From Podarcis cretensis (taxonomy: Eukaryota): a DNA stretch of 64,000 nt. The notes under the pieces are model-generated. The model worked only from the letters and a program-made list of their open reading frames with translations, did no database searches and was not told the DNA's origin. Where the stretch lies: positions 49,228,001-49,292,000 of the forward strand of contig OX638155.1 in the NCBI GenBank assembly GCA_951804945.1, given 5' to 3'. The position numbers and the translations under genes are program-made. Every line of letters starts with the position of its first letter. The stretch's first letter is position 1. Of this stretch, positions 26,101 to 38,483 are shown piece after piece.

Positions 26101-27059
26101 TTGGGCAATGCTCATGAGTCAAACAATTATGGGAAACAGACTTAAACACTGAAATTGGCAAGTCTGATCGGAACAATATATGGGGTGGGGGGGATACCAT
26201 TTAAGGTCAGTGTAATCTAAGAGAAAATTCTTTGAAGTTAATTTATAGAAGGCATTTAACACCTTTAAGATATAGCTGCTTATAGACAAAACATCCTCAC
26301 CAAGGTGCTAGAGTGGATGCAAGACAGTTGGTGCAACATTCCACATGTGGTAGTCATGTTAACTTGTGCAGTCATTTTGGGAAAGAGTATGTACAGTGTA
26401 TTCCAATTCTGGATTTAACAACAATATTTAAAGAAGATCAGCTCAATCTGCAATATAAGGAACTTATCACCTTATGTCCTGGTAGCTACAAAATTGAAAA
26501 GGATTGAACACATACATATCACATGATGGTGACAGAACATAAGGGCAAGGGCCTTATCTTAAAAACCTACCAAAAACAAAGAGTGCATGCTTTGAACTGT
26601 GCAAATGATGCAGATGATTTTGTTGAAATATGGTACCCTTTTATAAGACATTCAAATGAACATCCGGATGACTGGCATCTACTGAACTTGCAAACAAGCT
26701 TGTGGCAAAATCTGGTAAGCTGGTCTTCTGTTCTGGGGAAGGGGAAAACTGTGTTTTTGTTGAAAATCCATTTTAAATTCCATTGGGAAAAAAGAAAGAA
26801 AGTATTCTCTATGTATGCTTGTGAAGAGATTCTGCATGTGAGGAGGGACTTTGGCCAACTGAGATTCCTTCTCATGTGTGGAGAACATTGAGCAGATATA
26901 CATCAGGGGATACAGCAGTGGTAGAAGTGGCTAAGTCACACACCCTCCTCTACTCAGCCACTAGTGTGGAGACAAACCGATACATACAAACACTCTTCAA
27001 ATACCTGTTGAATATTTTATCCAACAAGAGAGAGATCTCCAACTATCTCCTAACCATTT

Positions 27060-27462
27060 GCTGCCCATATGCAGTCAGGTTGGAGTCAAGATAGTTGTAC
27101 AAATTTACAAAACCCTTAAAAGCTTGGGTCCAGAATACCTTAAGAATCACCTGTTTCCTTATATCTCTACTTGATCACTGAGTTTTTTCACAGAGTCACT
27201 GTTACTGAGGCCCCCTGGCTCGGATGTACAGATCATCTCCACAAGGAGCCATGCCATGTTCAATATTGTGAGCTCCATTTTATGGAACTCTCTTTCAGTA
27301 GAGATTAGACAGGCTCCCTCCCTGCTAAACCTCCGCCGCCTACTGAAGACCTCTTTGTTCCCGTGGGCTTTTCAAGTCATTTCCAATTTTATGTTTATTG
27401 TTGAGTATCAAACTCGCAGACAATTGTGATGAAGCAGTATATAAATTGTCTGATTAAATAAA
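27060..27462 (+). mobile_element. Old L2 3' fragment
   Basis: TTTACAAAACCCTTAAAAGCTTGGGTCCAGAATACCTTAAG (YK.L..LGP.YLK), TTATGGAACTCTCT (LWNSL), CTGAAGACCTCTTTGTTC, then an AATAAAT tail. Confidence 0.75.
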
Positions 27463-27844
27463 TTTGCTCCCATCAGCTGATTCATTCTGTTCTATTAATT
27501 AGCAATCTGCTAAAGGATTGCTTAGCTAGCAGAACATAGCTGCTGCTACTACTAATAATATCCAAACTAAACTGGACTGAATCTGCAGAAGGAAAAGGCA
27601 GGCCTTGTGACAATAATGTTTCTCACACCCCAGGTTACATTTCTTTCCATCACTCCTTTTCCATCCACCCTCTTACGGTCTGCTCCTTTTTCAGTCTTCC
27701 AGGAAAGGTTTATTTCCCCCCAAATATGGCATTTTAATGAGTTTAGGTGGGAATCTGGGCTGCAGTCCTATGCATATTTTCTTGTGAGTAAGCCTCATTA
27801 AACTCAGTGGGACTTACTTCAGCATACAAATGGATTTAATGGAT

Positions 27845-28210
27845 TAATCTGTTAATTTTGGTTCCCCTGAAACTCTTCATTTTTCCAAGCTCAAATTCAG
27901 TTTTCCAGATCTGCAGTAATTTCTGTTGTCTCTCCCTCACTATATCCTCATCAAAATTCATCAGCATATTAGTGCAAATATCTGCTAATGAATGGATGCA
28001 GTTTTATTAACATATACATTTTGAAAGCAATTCCCCCCCTAATATAATGCTTCTTTAAAAATGTTCTTCACATTTGTATGTACACTTTCCCCTCATGTAT
28101 GCAGTTTTTACACATGGTTTCAATGGAGAACTACAACCCAAAATCCAGAGAACTGTGATGGACAGTTTGAGAAGTGCAAATTAAGTATTTCCTCATTTAA
28201 ATGCAACTCC
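27845..28210. mobile_element. Copy of the 3610 repeat family
   Basis: CTGTTAATTTTGGTTC..AAATTCATCAGCAT..GCAATTCCCCCCTAATATAATGC. Confidence 0.6.
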
Positions 28211-29213
28211 CTTCCTCAGATTTCTCCCCGATCCCTACAGAGTACACCTGCTTAGGATTGCACCATTACTATCTGTATTCTGCCTCCAATGATAACCTCC
28301 ACCCAATCTAGTTTTTCCTTTGATTTTGACCTCCTGTATGTTTTCCTGCTTATCAAAGCACTCATTCAAAGCAAAGCTTCATTTCAAAGCCTGTAGCAGA
28401 AAACAAGCAATATTGGGTCATTGTGCTTTTTAATTCTATTTATAAAATCTCAGACAGTGCTGAAAGTTGCTTATATCCATGTATGGTAAAAAGCCTGTTC
28501 TAGACCCAAAGAGTAAATTTCCCAAAGGAGGTGCTATCAACAATAGAGACCCACATGTTAGCCTTTGCTACCCTCCAAATCCTAATCAGAATGTCTTCAT
28601 AAATTAAGGACTCATCCACACTTCCTCTTATTTCTCTGCTTTTCCTCAAGGGAGAACTGCTCTTTAGCACTCAATTTGAGCAAACAGCAATTTGAGTTTT
28701 CTCCAAATTGACATTTGCTCCATTTTAGCACTAAATAGTGGGTTTTCCCTGGGAAAGGAGTGGGGCAAGGGGAAGGGGGAAAATAGGGCTCCTCCACGGT
28801 TCCACTTGTCCTAAGTCAATGATATGTATGGAATCCTGTGAAGGGGGGAAATGACCATTTGTGAATCTGTCCAATAATTACCTGAATATGTGAAACTATT
28901 TAAAGGGATAAATGTTTCTTCTCATCTCAAAGAGTTATTTAACAACAACAAAACAAGCAGGGGTGTTGTAAGACAATTGCATGGAACCCATCCCCTTAAA
29001 ACTTTATCCCTGCTAGCAACAGCTGATAAATCAAATGCGATTCTGGAAACTAGGAAGCAAGTTTTGCAGGTTCACCTAGCTGGTGTGTAGTGCAATCTTA
29101 AACATCTCTTCCTAAAAGTACACCTTAATATAGCTTAGGGTGTATAGTAATGCAGCTTTAAACCATTTATTTCCATTTTAGTGTCATGCATGTTATTAAT
29201 AGAACAGGAAAAC

Positions 29214-29582
29214 AGAGCAGGTGGCGCTGTGGGTTAAAGCCTCAGCACCTAGGGCTTGCCGATCGAAAGGTCGGCGGTTCGAATCCCTGTGGCGGGGTGC
29301 GCTCCCGCTGCTCGGTCCCAGCGCCTGCCAACCTAGCAGTTCGAAAGCACCTCCGGGTGCAAGTAGATAAATAGGGACCGCTTACCAGCGGGAAGGTAAA
29401 CGGCGTTTCCATGTGCGGCTCTGGCTCTGGCTCTGGCCAGAGCAGCGATGTCACGCTGGCCACGTGACCCGGAAGTGTCTCCGGACAGCGCTGGCCCCTT
29501 GCTTCTTAAGTGAGATGGGCGCACAACCCCAGAGTCTGTCAAGACTGGCCCGTACGGGCAGGGGTACCTTTACCTTTTACCT
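29214..29582 (+). mobile_element. Sauria SINE, CpG-rich (young) variant
   Basis: GGTGGCGCTGTGGGTTAAA, GGTTCGAATCC, GTGCAAGTAGATAAATAGG, and tail GGGGTACCTTTACCTTTTACC. Confidence 0.95.
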
Positions 29583-30254
29583 ATGTTCTGCATAATTCAA
29601 AGCATCGTATGCTTTGAATTAGCATTATGGGCCATTGCAAGCAAAAAGCACTTTAAGCTTCATGTCTTAAAATTACCCTGGACAGGTCAGGAATCAGAGC
29701 TTGAACCAGATCGTTCAGGATTCACTTTTTCCATCACAGAAATGTATTAGCCAGAGGCAACCATCGTGGTTTGTGCTTAGTAGTTTCTAGCAAGCCTGAA
29801 AAGTAGCTGCCACTCATGTTGACCAGACATCCATCAGCCACTGTCATCTGCCTCCCTCACAGTGCCCAATGAGAACTGAGATACAAACATGCAATGAATC
29901 AGAAACACTGCTAGTCCTTAGTGGGTTGGCTGAAAACAGAATCTTGCTCCACAGTCTCCCTGACTGTGGGAGCTGCATGTTGCATAATGCTTTCTGTTTT
30001 AAAAAGGCACTAAGTGAACTGATCTGGTCCCCAGCTAATTTTTCACCAGAAAATGTCAACCAGGCCCGTTTCTCCTGTTGAATGCAGAATCGTCTGCAGA
30101 AATCAGAAGGCAATGCATTTGACAATATGGAACATTATTTCTGATTCCTGTCTGCAGAGCAAGCTGCTGTTAAAGGCATATAAGGAGGACTACATGAAAA
30201 TGGCGGGAATCTAATGCTGAAGCCATGACAAAGAGCCACCTTTTGACAACTTGC

Positions 30255-30985
30255 AGGTCCAGCACCCTGTTCTCATAGTGGCCAACTGGATGCTTAAGGG
30301 AAGCCTTAAAGCAAGACATGAGTGCAATCTTCCTGCGGGTTTCAGCAGCTGGTGTTTAGATGGATACCAGCAGAGATGAAACATAGACCTAGTGGCTAGT
30401 AGCCATTGATAGCCTTATTCTCCATGACTTTCTCTAACCCTCTTCCAAAGGCATCAAATTGGTGGCCATCGCTACTTCCTGTGAGAGTAAAATCCATCGT
30501 TTATCTATATGCTATGTACTCTTTGGTCTGTTCCAATCTTCTAATGTACACCTTCATCTTATATTCCCGAGTTCTAAAAACAGGTAAAGGTAAAGGACTC
30601 CTGGACAGTTAAGTCCAGTCAAAGGCGACTATGGGGTGCATGCTCATCTCACTTTCAGGCTGAGGGAGCCGGCATTTGTCCACAGACAGCTTTCCGGGTC
30701 ATGTGGCCAGCATGACGAAACTGCTTCTGGCGCAACAGAACACCGTGATGGAAACCAGAGCACATGGAAACGCTGTTTACCTTCCCACCACAGTGGTCCC
30801 TATTTATCTACTTGCACTGTCATGCTTTTGAACTGCTAGGTTGGCAGGAGCTGGGACAGAGCAATGGGAGCTCACTCCGTTGCAGGGATTCGAACTGCCG
30901 ACTTTCTGATCGGCAAGCCCAAGAGGCTCAGTGGTTTAGACCACAGCGCCACCTGCATCCCTGAGTTCTAGTGTTATGAGAGAGC
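30255..30985 (-). mobile_element. CR1 LINE 3' end (ORF2 C-terminus plus UTR) split by a Sauria SINE
   Basis: Reverse complement reads CTCTCTCATAACACTAGAACTC..GATGGCCACCAATTTGATGCC..GGCTATCAATGGCTACTAG. A sister fragment lies at 62855. Confidence 0.75.
30582..30961 (-). mobile_element. Sauria SINE
   Basis: AGGTAAAGGTAAAGG tail and CCACAGCGCCACCTGCATCCC head (reverse complement). GAGTTCTA on both flanks (candidate TSD). Confidence 0.95.
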
Positions 30986-32314
30986 ATAAGTTCAGCTTGA
31001 TGTTCCCTTCCTCAGAATGGCTTAAAGTCCATAGGGATTCTGCCTGTTTTGGATAGGGTGTCTCTTCTCTTAAAAAATCAAGTACTTTCATTGGGTATTT
31101 TGATTGGGAAATCAAGATCACTAGGTGACTATAGCTTGTACTCCAGCTCCTCCCAGGCCTGTGCAGAGCAGACCTAAGAATTAAGCTTACAGATGCTTTA
31201 GTTACATCAAGGACAGACTATTGTAACACACTCTGTATACCTTGCCCTTGAAGAGTATGTGAACGTGTTAAGTTGGATCAGAATGCTGTTGGTTGCTGAC
31301 TGGCACCAAATTGAGATGTCATACCATGCCACTCCTGTCCCAGCCTTAACCATTCAGGACCTGGATACCTCAAAGACTGTCTTGCTCTATATGATCCTGC
31401 CTCAACCCTGAAGTCAGATGAACAGGGCCTCAAGGCTGGCAGAAGGACTGAGGCCCTCAATAAAATGCGCTCCCAGCTTTCCCTCCTCCCTCCAGCTCCA
31501 TGAAATGAAGATGGTCACAGCTGCTGCTCCTTCTCCTAGCCCTCCTTTTCTCAGCACCAGGCTGAGAGTCACCTGTCCCCAGCACTGTTGCCTGCCCACC
31601 ACCTCCCACAATCTCCTCCATCAGCTTACCACGTCAGGCCACAAGAATCAGCCCACCACCGAGAAGTGCCAGGTAAGGCTGTCACCACAACCATCTTTAT
31701 TTTCCCAGAATGCCTCTGGACCCCCTGTCATGTCAGCTATGCCTCTCACCACAGTGCCCTTTAAAAGCTTGTTGTTGTTTTTAATGAAGTAAATGAATGT
31801 AGGAGACCAGCATCAGTCCCAGTGGGATTTTCAGGATTTGGCTCTACCATTTCTACAACCATTCTGGGTGCTGACACTGGGCCTCCGGGCTCTTCTCTGT
31901 GCCAAGAGCTCTCTTCACAGGCCAAGGGAAATGTGATGGCAACAAGGGAATGAGTTTTGACTAGCAGCTTTGACACTGTGGAGCTCCCTACCCCATGAGA
32001 TTCAACTCTTCCCTTCCCCATATTTATATGTCCTCAAGTGAAAACTTGCTTGTTTGTTTAGGCTTCCCTCCTTGTTTTCTTATTTTCCTCAGTCTTATTA
32101 TAGCTTGTTTTTTTAAAGGGGTGTGCGATTTTTGCTCTCTTGTGTCTTATTATATCATTATTATTTTTAAAAGTATATCGGCATTTATGTTCATTGCTTC
32201 TGAATATTATGAACCATCTTGAATATTGCCACATGAGTAAAAAAACTGGAATTTAAACCCCATAAACAAACAATTAAAAACATGTTCCCATCTTCTGTCC
32301 CCTTGCTGTTTTCT

Positions 32315-32402
32315 GTGTAATCCTATACATCTTTACTCAGAAGGAAGTTCCATTTAATTCAGTAGGGCTTACTTACAGATAAGTGCTGTAGGATTGCAGT
32401 CT
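32315..32402. mobile_element. Short palindromic Harbinger-like MITE; relatives near 2655, 27760, 34810, 49590 and 58870
   Basis: AATCCTATAC..ACTCAGAAG..CCATT..AGTAGGGCTTAC..TAGGATTGCAG inverted architecture, repeated across the window. Confidence 0.55.
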
Positions 32403-33024
32403 TGGAGCTGAATATATATATTCTTATGGGCTGCAGTTTGCTGCTGAACAACCCATGATGTCCCATGAAGCAAAACTATGCCAAAAACGGAAACCCCTAG
32501 GACTAGCAAAGGTGCATCCTCAGGTGGTGAAAATAAGAAACAGCTCAACATCTTAATGAAACTGATCCGAGCTGAAAATCTAGATGACGTACAACATCTT
32601 GATCACTGGACAGATGGATAATTTAACACTCTATTACCAGAATAAATTACCTTTTAGATAATAGTAGCAGATGGAGCTAGGACTAAAAGGACATTTTGGG
32701 AGGGTCAGACCCTACTAAATTTACTTGTAGCTGGAAAGGGGAGTAAATACTTGGCACGACATCAAGAAAATTCCTTCTGCTTACTTGCACAGTATACCGG
32801 GTTTAATTACAGCACCTGTTTGCTGCTCTGTGCCAGCACAATGGCTGCAGGCAGCCAAAGCAGAGCCAAACTTGAGTACCTGCAGGACCAAGTGCCAGGA
32901 AGCTCCAGGAATCAATGGTCCAAGATGGTACAGAAAGGGAAACTGAGCTTTTCCCTCTGCAAGTGGGAGGTGGGAAAGAGAGCAAACAAACAAACAAACA
33001 AACAAACAAACAAGGGGCACAAGC

Positions 33025-33218
33025 GGGCCACACCATACATCTAAAGCACTTTCATCCCATTTAACCATCATGGCTTCCCCCCAAAGAATCTTGGGAACTG
33101 TAGGTGGTTAAGGGCGCTGACCTCACAGAGCTACCATTCCCATCAAACCACAGTCCCCAGGACTATTCATGACTGTTAAAGTGGTATAAGGATGTTTTAG
33201 GTGTATGGTGTATATGTG
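33025..33218. mobile_element. MITE, Harbinger-like
   Basis: Inverted ends CACCATACATCTAAAGCA / TGTTTTAGGTGTATGGTG; internal CTTGGGAACTGTAG. Confidence 0.6.
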
Positions 33219-33573
33219 ATCATAGACAAAGCCTAAACTTTTCTCAGGAAAAGACGCGGGAATCATTTATAACTATGCCAGGTCAAGGAGTTTCAGTAGG
33301 ATGACTGGGTGGAGTCATGCTGGAACTGCTCTTTGCTCCTGCCACTCTGCAATTACAAGGAGCACCAAGCAAGCAAATCAGATACACAATAGTCACGTTC
33401 TACCAGCACTGCTTAAACAATATGTCTCTGAATACTAGAGTGATGTTGTAGCAAAGGCCTGCTTCGGGCAAGTCAAAACTGATCACCTCTAGGCCAGTGG
33501 CGAGTGCGAACTGTATCACGGTTAGTCATTTTTTCATCCCAATGACTCCAAAGGGCCCCACCCACAGCAAAAC

Positions 33574-33757
33574 GGCTATAGCTCAGTGGTAGAGCATCTG
33601 TACTGAATATAGACAGTCCCAGGTATCTGGCATCTCTAGTTAAGGATGGGAAAGTCCCATGTGAAATTCTGGAGAACCCCTTCCAGACAGTGTAGACAAT
33701 ACTGAACTAGATGGACTAATGACCAGATTTGGTATAATAGAGCCTTCTGTGTTCCTA
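33574..33757 (+). mobile_element. tRNA-derived SINE
   Basis: GGCTATAGCTCAGTGGTAGAGCATCTG head; body CAGTGTAGACAATACTGAACTAGATGGAC..TGTTCCTA. Confidence 0.8.
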
Positions 33758-34940
33758 GCTCAGCAAATTACTTCTCATGCCACCTAAAAGTACCTTCCAT
33801 TTCATGTTAGAACTGCTACCCAGACACAAACACATTTTTATTTTTGTCCTTTGCTTTGTGTTAGAAGTTCTGGCAATGCCTCTATGACTGCAGCTCTTTG
33901 GAAATCATGCAAAACGCGAGGCGCTTGAGTTAAAATCCCAAGCAATTGATTTAGGCCCCCCATTTAGCTTAAATTATATATTTAAAAAGACAAAGGGTGC
34001 TATCGACATGGTGCAGCACCTGTGGCCAATTTCCAAAGAGACTGGAGAGTAGAGATGTCTTTTTTCCTGTTTGAAGCCTTTGCTGGAGGAATAAGAGGAA
34101 GCCAGTTGGAGGGAGAGATGTAGCAACTTGTGGAATACTGTACCAGCAGTGGCTTTATGAATGATGCATGAAATGAAATCTCTCCCTGCCTTCTGCACAG
34201 AGGGAATATCAGACAGTGCTGGGAGATCACTGCTGTGCAGGCATGTTTGATGTAATATTCTGTGCAGAAAGTCTCAGGGAAGCCCACCAAGCCCCAAAAT
34301 CTCAAAATAAATGCATCAAAAAGAACTGGGGAATTATTATTTTTTTAAAAAATAAATGTAAACAGTTTTAAGATAGTGCCCTGGGTTTTCCTCCCCCTTC
34401 TTTTCTGCTGGATTCCAGCCACACGCAACCATTCCAAGGTGAGAATAATTTCTCAAACTGTTGTGGCCCTCTAAGGCAGCTGACTCATTTAAAAGAAACA
34501 TATTAAAAATGTGGGTGGCCACTGCTCATTTTGCACTTGAAGGCTTCCCACTGGCATCTGATTCCCCCACTGCGAAAACAGGATCCCAGACTAGAAGGGG
34601 CAGTGGCTGGATCCAGCTAAGCTATTCTTAAGTTCTTACTCTTAAACCGCCAGAAGCAGGGCAGGGGGGCATGTGGGAACTCGGTGTGGCTCCTATCTCC
34701 CCACACCACTTTTTCATTGATTATTATTTTTAAATAAAGTTTAAAAGCACAAACAAAAAGCACTCTTAACAATACAGCATGTTCACTAAAAATAGCAATT
34801 ACAATCCTTAGGCTGCAATCCTAGACACACTAATCTGGGAGCAAGCCCTGTTGAAAATAGTGGGATTTTGTTCCAAGTGAACAGGCCTAGCATTGTGCTG
34901 CTACTATATAATAGTATATAGTATACTATATAATGGATAC

Positions 34941-37136
34941 CACTTAATGGATCCAAATGGTTTCCAGAGAGTGGTAGGGGATGCTTTATCCCATGTTGAT
35001 GGCCTTTCAGCCGATTCCCTGGTGGCCCGCTGGAATGTGGAGTTAACCAGGGCTATTGACTGTTTGGCTCTGAAGCGCCCGCTCCGATTGCATGGAGCCC
35101 GGGCAGCCCCGTGGTTTTCCACGGATCTGAGGGCAATGAAACAATCGTTGAGACGGCTAGAGCGCCGGTGGCGGATAACTCATTCCGAATCTGACCGGAC
35201 ACAGGTTAGAGCTCAACGTCGAGCCTACCAAGTGGCGATAGCGACAGCGAAGAAGACTTTCTTCGCCGCCTCTATTGCATCTGCAGAAAACAGCAGCAGG
35301 AGACTTTTTCAGGTGGTCCACAATTTAGTGGAACCACCTGCGACATCGGGGCCCAGTACAGGCCACATAATCTCCTGCAATGATTTCGCAAACTTTTTTC
35401 CAGATAAAATCGCTCAGATTCGGGAAGAAGTAGACTCCACCGTGGGAGCAGGGCCAGGGTGGGAGAGTGCTAGAGTCCTGTCTAGTCAAGTTGTGTGGGA
35501 TCAATTCCAATCTGTTACCTCCGAGGATGTGGACAGGCTGCTTGGACGAGTGAAGCCAACCACCTGTCTCCTGGATCCTTGCCCATCCTGGCTTATAAAA
35601 GCTAGCCGGGAAGGACTGGGCGATGGGCTTCGTGGGGTGGTGAATGCTTCCCTCTGTGAGGGAGCCTTCCCAGACCCGCTGAAAGAGGCGGTTATTAAAC
35701 CGCTTCTTAAAAAACCATCTTTAGATGCGGCCACGATGGCCAATTATCGCCCAGTCTCAAATCTTCCATTCTTGGGCAAGGTGATTGAGAGAGTGGTTGC
35801 TGAACAACTCCAGGCACGCCTGGAAGAAGCGGACCATTTGGATCCCTTCCAGTCGGGATTCAGGCCTCATCATGGGACTGAAACTGCCTTGGTCGCACTG
35901 GTTGATGATCTCCGGCGGGCTAGGGACAAAGGTGAGAGCTGTTTTCTAGTTCTGCTGGATCTCTCAGCGGCGTTTGATACCATCGACCATAACATCCTTC
36001 TGGACCGTCTTGAGGGGCTGGGAGCTGGGGGCACTGTCATACAGTGGTTCCGCTCCTTCCTCCTGGGCCATGTTCAGAAAGTGGTGGTGGTGGGCGATGA
36101 GTGTTCAGACCCCTGGGCTCTCACTTGTGGGGTGCCTCAGGGTTCTGTCCTCTCCCCATGCTTTTCAACATTTACATGCAGCCGCTGGGAGAGATCATCA
36201 GGAGGTTTGGGCTGGGTGTTCATCAGTATGCGGATGATACCCAGCTCTACCTCTCTTTTAAATCAGAACCAGTGAAGGCGGTGAAGGTCCTGTGTGAGTG
36301 TCTGGAGGCGGCTGGAGGATGGATGGCGGCTAACAGATTGAGGTTGAATCCTGACAAGACAGAAGTACTGTTTTGGGGGGACAGGAGGCGGGCAGGTGTG
36401 AAGGATTCCCTGGTCCTGAAGGACCAGGTGCACAGCCTGGGAGTCATTTTGGACTCACAGCTGTCCATGGAGGCACAGGTCAAATCTGTGTCCAGGTCAG
36501 CTGTTTACCAGCTCCATCTGGTACGTAGGCTGAGACCCTATCTGCCTGCAGACTGTCTCGCCAGAGTGGTGCATGCTCTGGTTATCTCCCGCTTGGACTA
36601 CTGCAATGCGCTCTATGTGGGGCTACCTTTGAAGGTGACCCGGAAACTACAACTAATCCAGAACGTGGCAGCTAGACTGGTGACTGGGAACGGCCGCCAA
36701 GACCATATAACACCGGTCTTGAAAGACCTACATTGGCTCTCAGTACGTTTCCGAGCACAATTCAAAGTGTTGGTGCTGACCTTTAAAGCCCTAAACGGCC
36801 TCGGTCCAGTATAGCTGAAGGAGCGTCTCCTCCCCCATCGTTCTGCCCGGACACTGAGGTCCAGCTCTGAGGGCCTTCTGGCGGTTCCCTCACTGCGAGA
36901 GGCCAAGTTACAGGGAACCAGGCAGAGGGCCTTCTCGGTAGTGGCACCCGCCCTGTGGAACGCCCTCCCATCAGATGTCAAAGCGATAAACAACTACCTG
37001 ACATTCAGAAGACATCTGAAGGCAGCCCTGTTCAGGGAAGTTTTTAATATGTGACATTTTAGTGTATTTTTCATCTTTGTTGGAAGCCGCCCAGAGTGGC
37101 TGGGGAAACCCAGCCAGATGGGCGGGGTACAAATAA

Positions 37137-37182
<46 letters not shown>
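34941..37182 (+). mobile_element. 5'-truncated L2-clade LINE with (TTA)n tail
   Basis: RT motifs NYRPVSNLPFLGKVIE, QSGFRP.HGTETAL, LDLSAAFDTIDH, GVPQGSVLSP, YADDTQLY, LNPDKTE, RLDYCN and LHWL. CpG-rich. Tail at 37138-37182. Confidence 0.97.
34947..37050 (+). pseudogene. Disrupted ORF2 (reverse transcriptase) of the L2 element
   Basis: ORFs 34893-36275 and 36101-36814 join through a frameshift near 36155. After the in-frame TAG at 36812-36814 the frame continues (LKERL..LWNALP..LKAALF). No endonuclease domain. Confidence 0.9.
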
Positions 37183-37185
<3 letters not shown>

Positions 37186-37369
37186 GCTTGCAAGACAATG
37201 TGATATAAACAGTCCAGGGAATTTTATCTGTTATTTTTATTGCTTGCTGGTTGTTTTCATTGTTTTACATTGAATTTTCTTTAAATATATATGCTTGCGT
37301 ATTAATATTTTGTAGGCTGCCATGAAAACTGATTGGATTATAAAGCATGATATAAATCAGTCTGATGTT

Positions 37370-37510
37370 CAGGCACAGAAAGCCAGTTTGGTGTGTTCCA
37401 ATTGCTGTTGGCCTCTGAGTCCCATCAGCCCCAGCCAGCATGGCCAATGGTCAGAGATGATAGAAGCTGTTTTCCAACAATATCTAGAAGACATCACATT
37501 AGCTACTCCT
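37370..37510. mobile_element. Palindromic MITE (12474-type), degenerate
   Basis: TCCCATCAGCCCCAGCCAGCATGGCCAATGGTCAGAGATGATAG core. Confidence 0.65.
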
Positions 37511-38109
37511 TAGGACCAAAGCATTGGCTCCCACATTCTTTCCAAAACTTCTTTTGCAAACAAATTTTCTGGCTAACTGATAAGAGAATAGAAGAGACTT
37601 CCTTACGGTGTTAGATTCTATTATGTTGGGCGCATTATTATCTTTTGGTGTTCAAGATTATGTCAAGATCTTTCTTTGACTTTAGCAAAACATAAAGAAG
37701 TATTTATGACTGGTCTCTGTTGTTGTAATTTATTATAAATAACTTGAATTCTGGCTGGTGTGTGTGAATTTTTTTCTTTCAGTGCAGTTGGTTACATTCT
37801 GCCAGTATCATCCATCTGTGGTCTGGATTGCTTTGAAGAGAAGAAGTCACAAGTTACAAAGAGATGAAACTTTTAAAACAAGATTACTGGCATCTCAGCC
37901 TTGACGGCATCCTATGTGTTCATCAGTTATCATCACATGTGGGGGGGGGGGGGGAGGTTGGATTTCCAACAAGATAGAGAGCACGTGCACAAGATCAGTT
38001 AACTGGAAGGATCTCATCAATTAATGGATCTATCTAGAACTGTCAGAATCTAGGATTGCATGAATAAAAAACATTCAGTAGGAGGCATCAGCTGTCAGAG
38101 GTGAAGAGT

Positions 38110-38483
38110 CTTCTTTGGCGATCACTTGTAGCTGAGTAAGATTGTCATCCATAAACACGGTTTTAACAATGAGTCCATAAGTGACTGTGGAGGCCAATTC
38201 TGAATCCACACATCCTTTCACAGTGGGGATATTGGTTTCCGGGCGAGAGGTGATCACGTTGTGGATTTGCCAAGCGTGCCTTCCTCTTAGCATGTTTCTC
38301 CCTTGCGTCCTGAGTTTGAGTGTCTCCAAAGCCCATGACACCTTTGGTAAAGGCTGTTCTCCAATTGGAGTGCTCGCAGGCAAGTGTTTCCCAATTGTTG
38401 GTGTTTATACTACATTTTTAAAAGTTTGCGTTGAGACAGTCTTTAAACCTCTTTTGTTGACTACCAGCATTATGCTTTCCATT
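38110..38483 (-). mobile_element. RTE-clade LINE 3' end, 5'-truncated
   Basis: Minus translation GSQQKRFKDCL..WETLACEHSNWR..YPHCERMCGFRIGLHSHLWTHC (RTE C-terminus with decayed C2H2-like motif). Exact 9-bp TSD GTGAAGAGT at 38101-38109 and 38484-38492. Confidence 0.88.

Noticed and set aside
33574-33650. Functional tRNA genes (also at 49286 and 59920)
   Set aside because: Cloverleaf stems are broken and the heads run into SINE bodies or tails.
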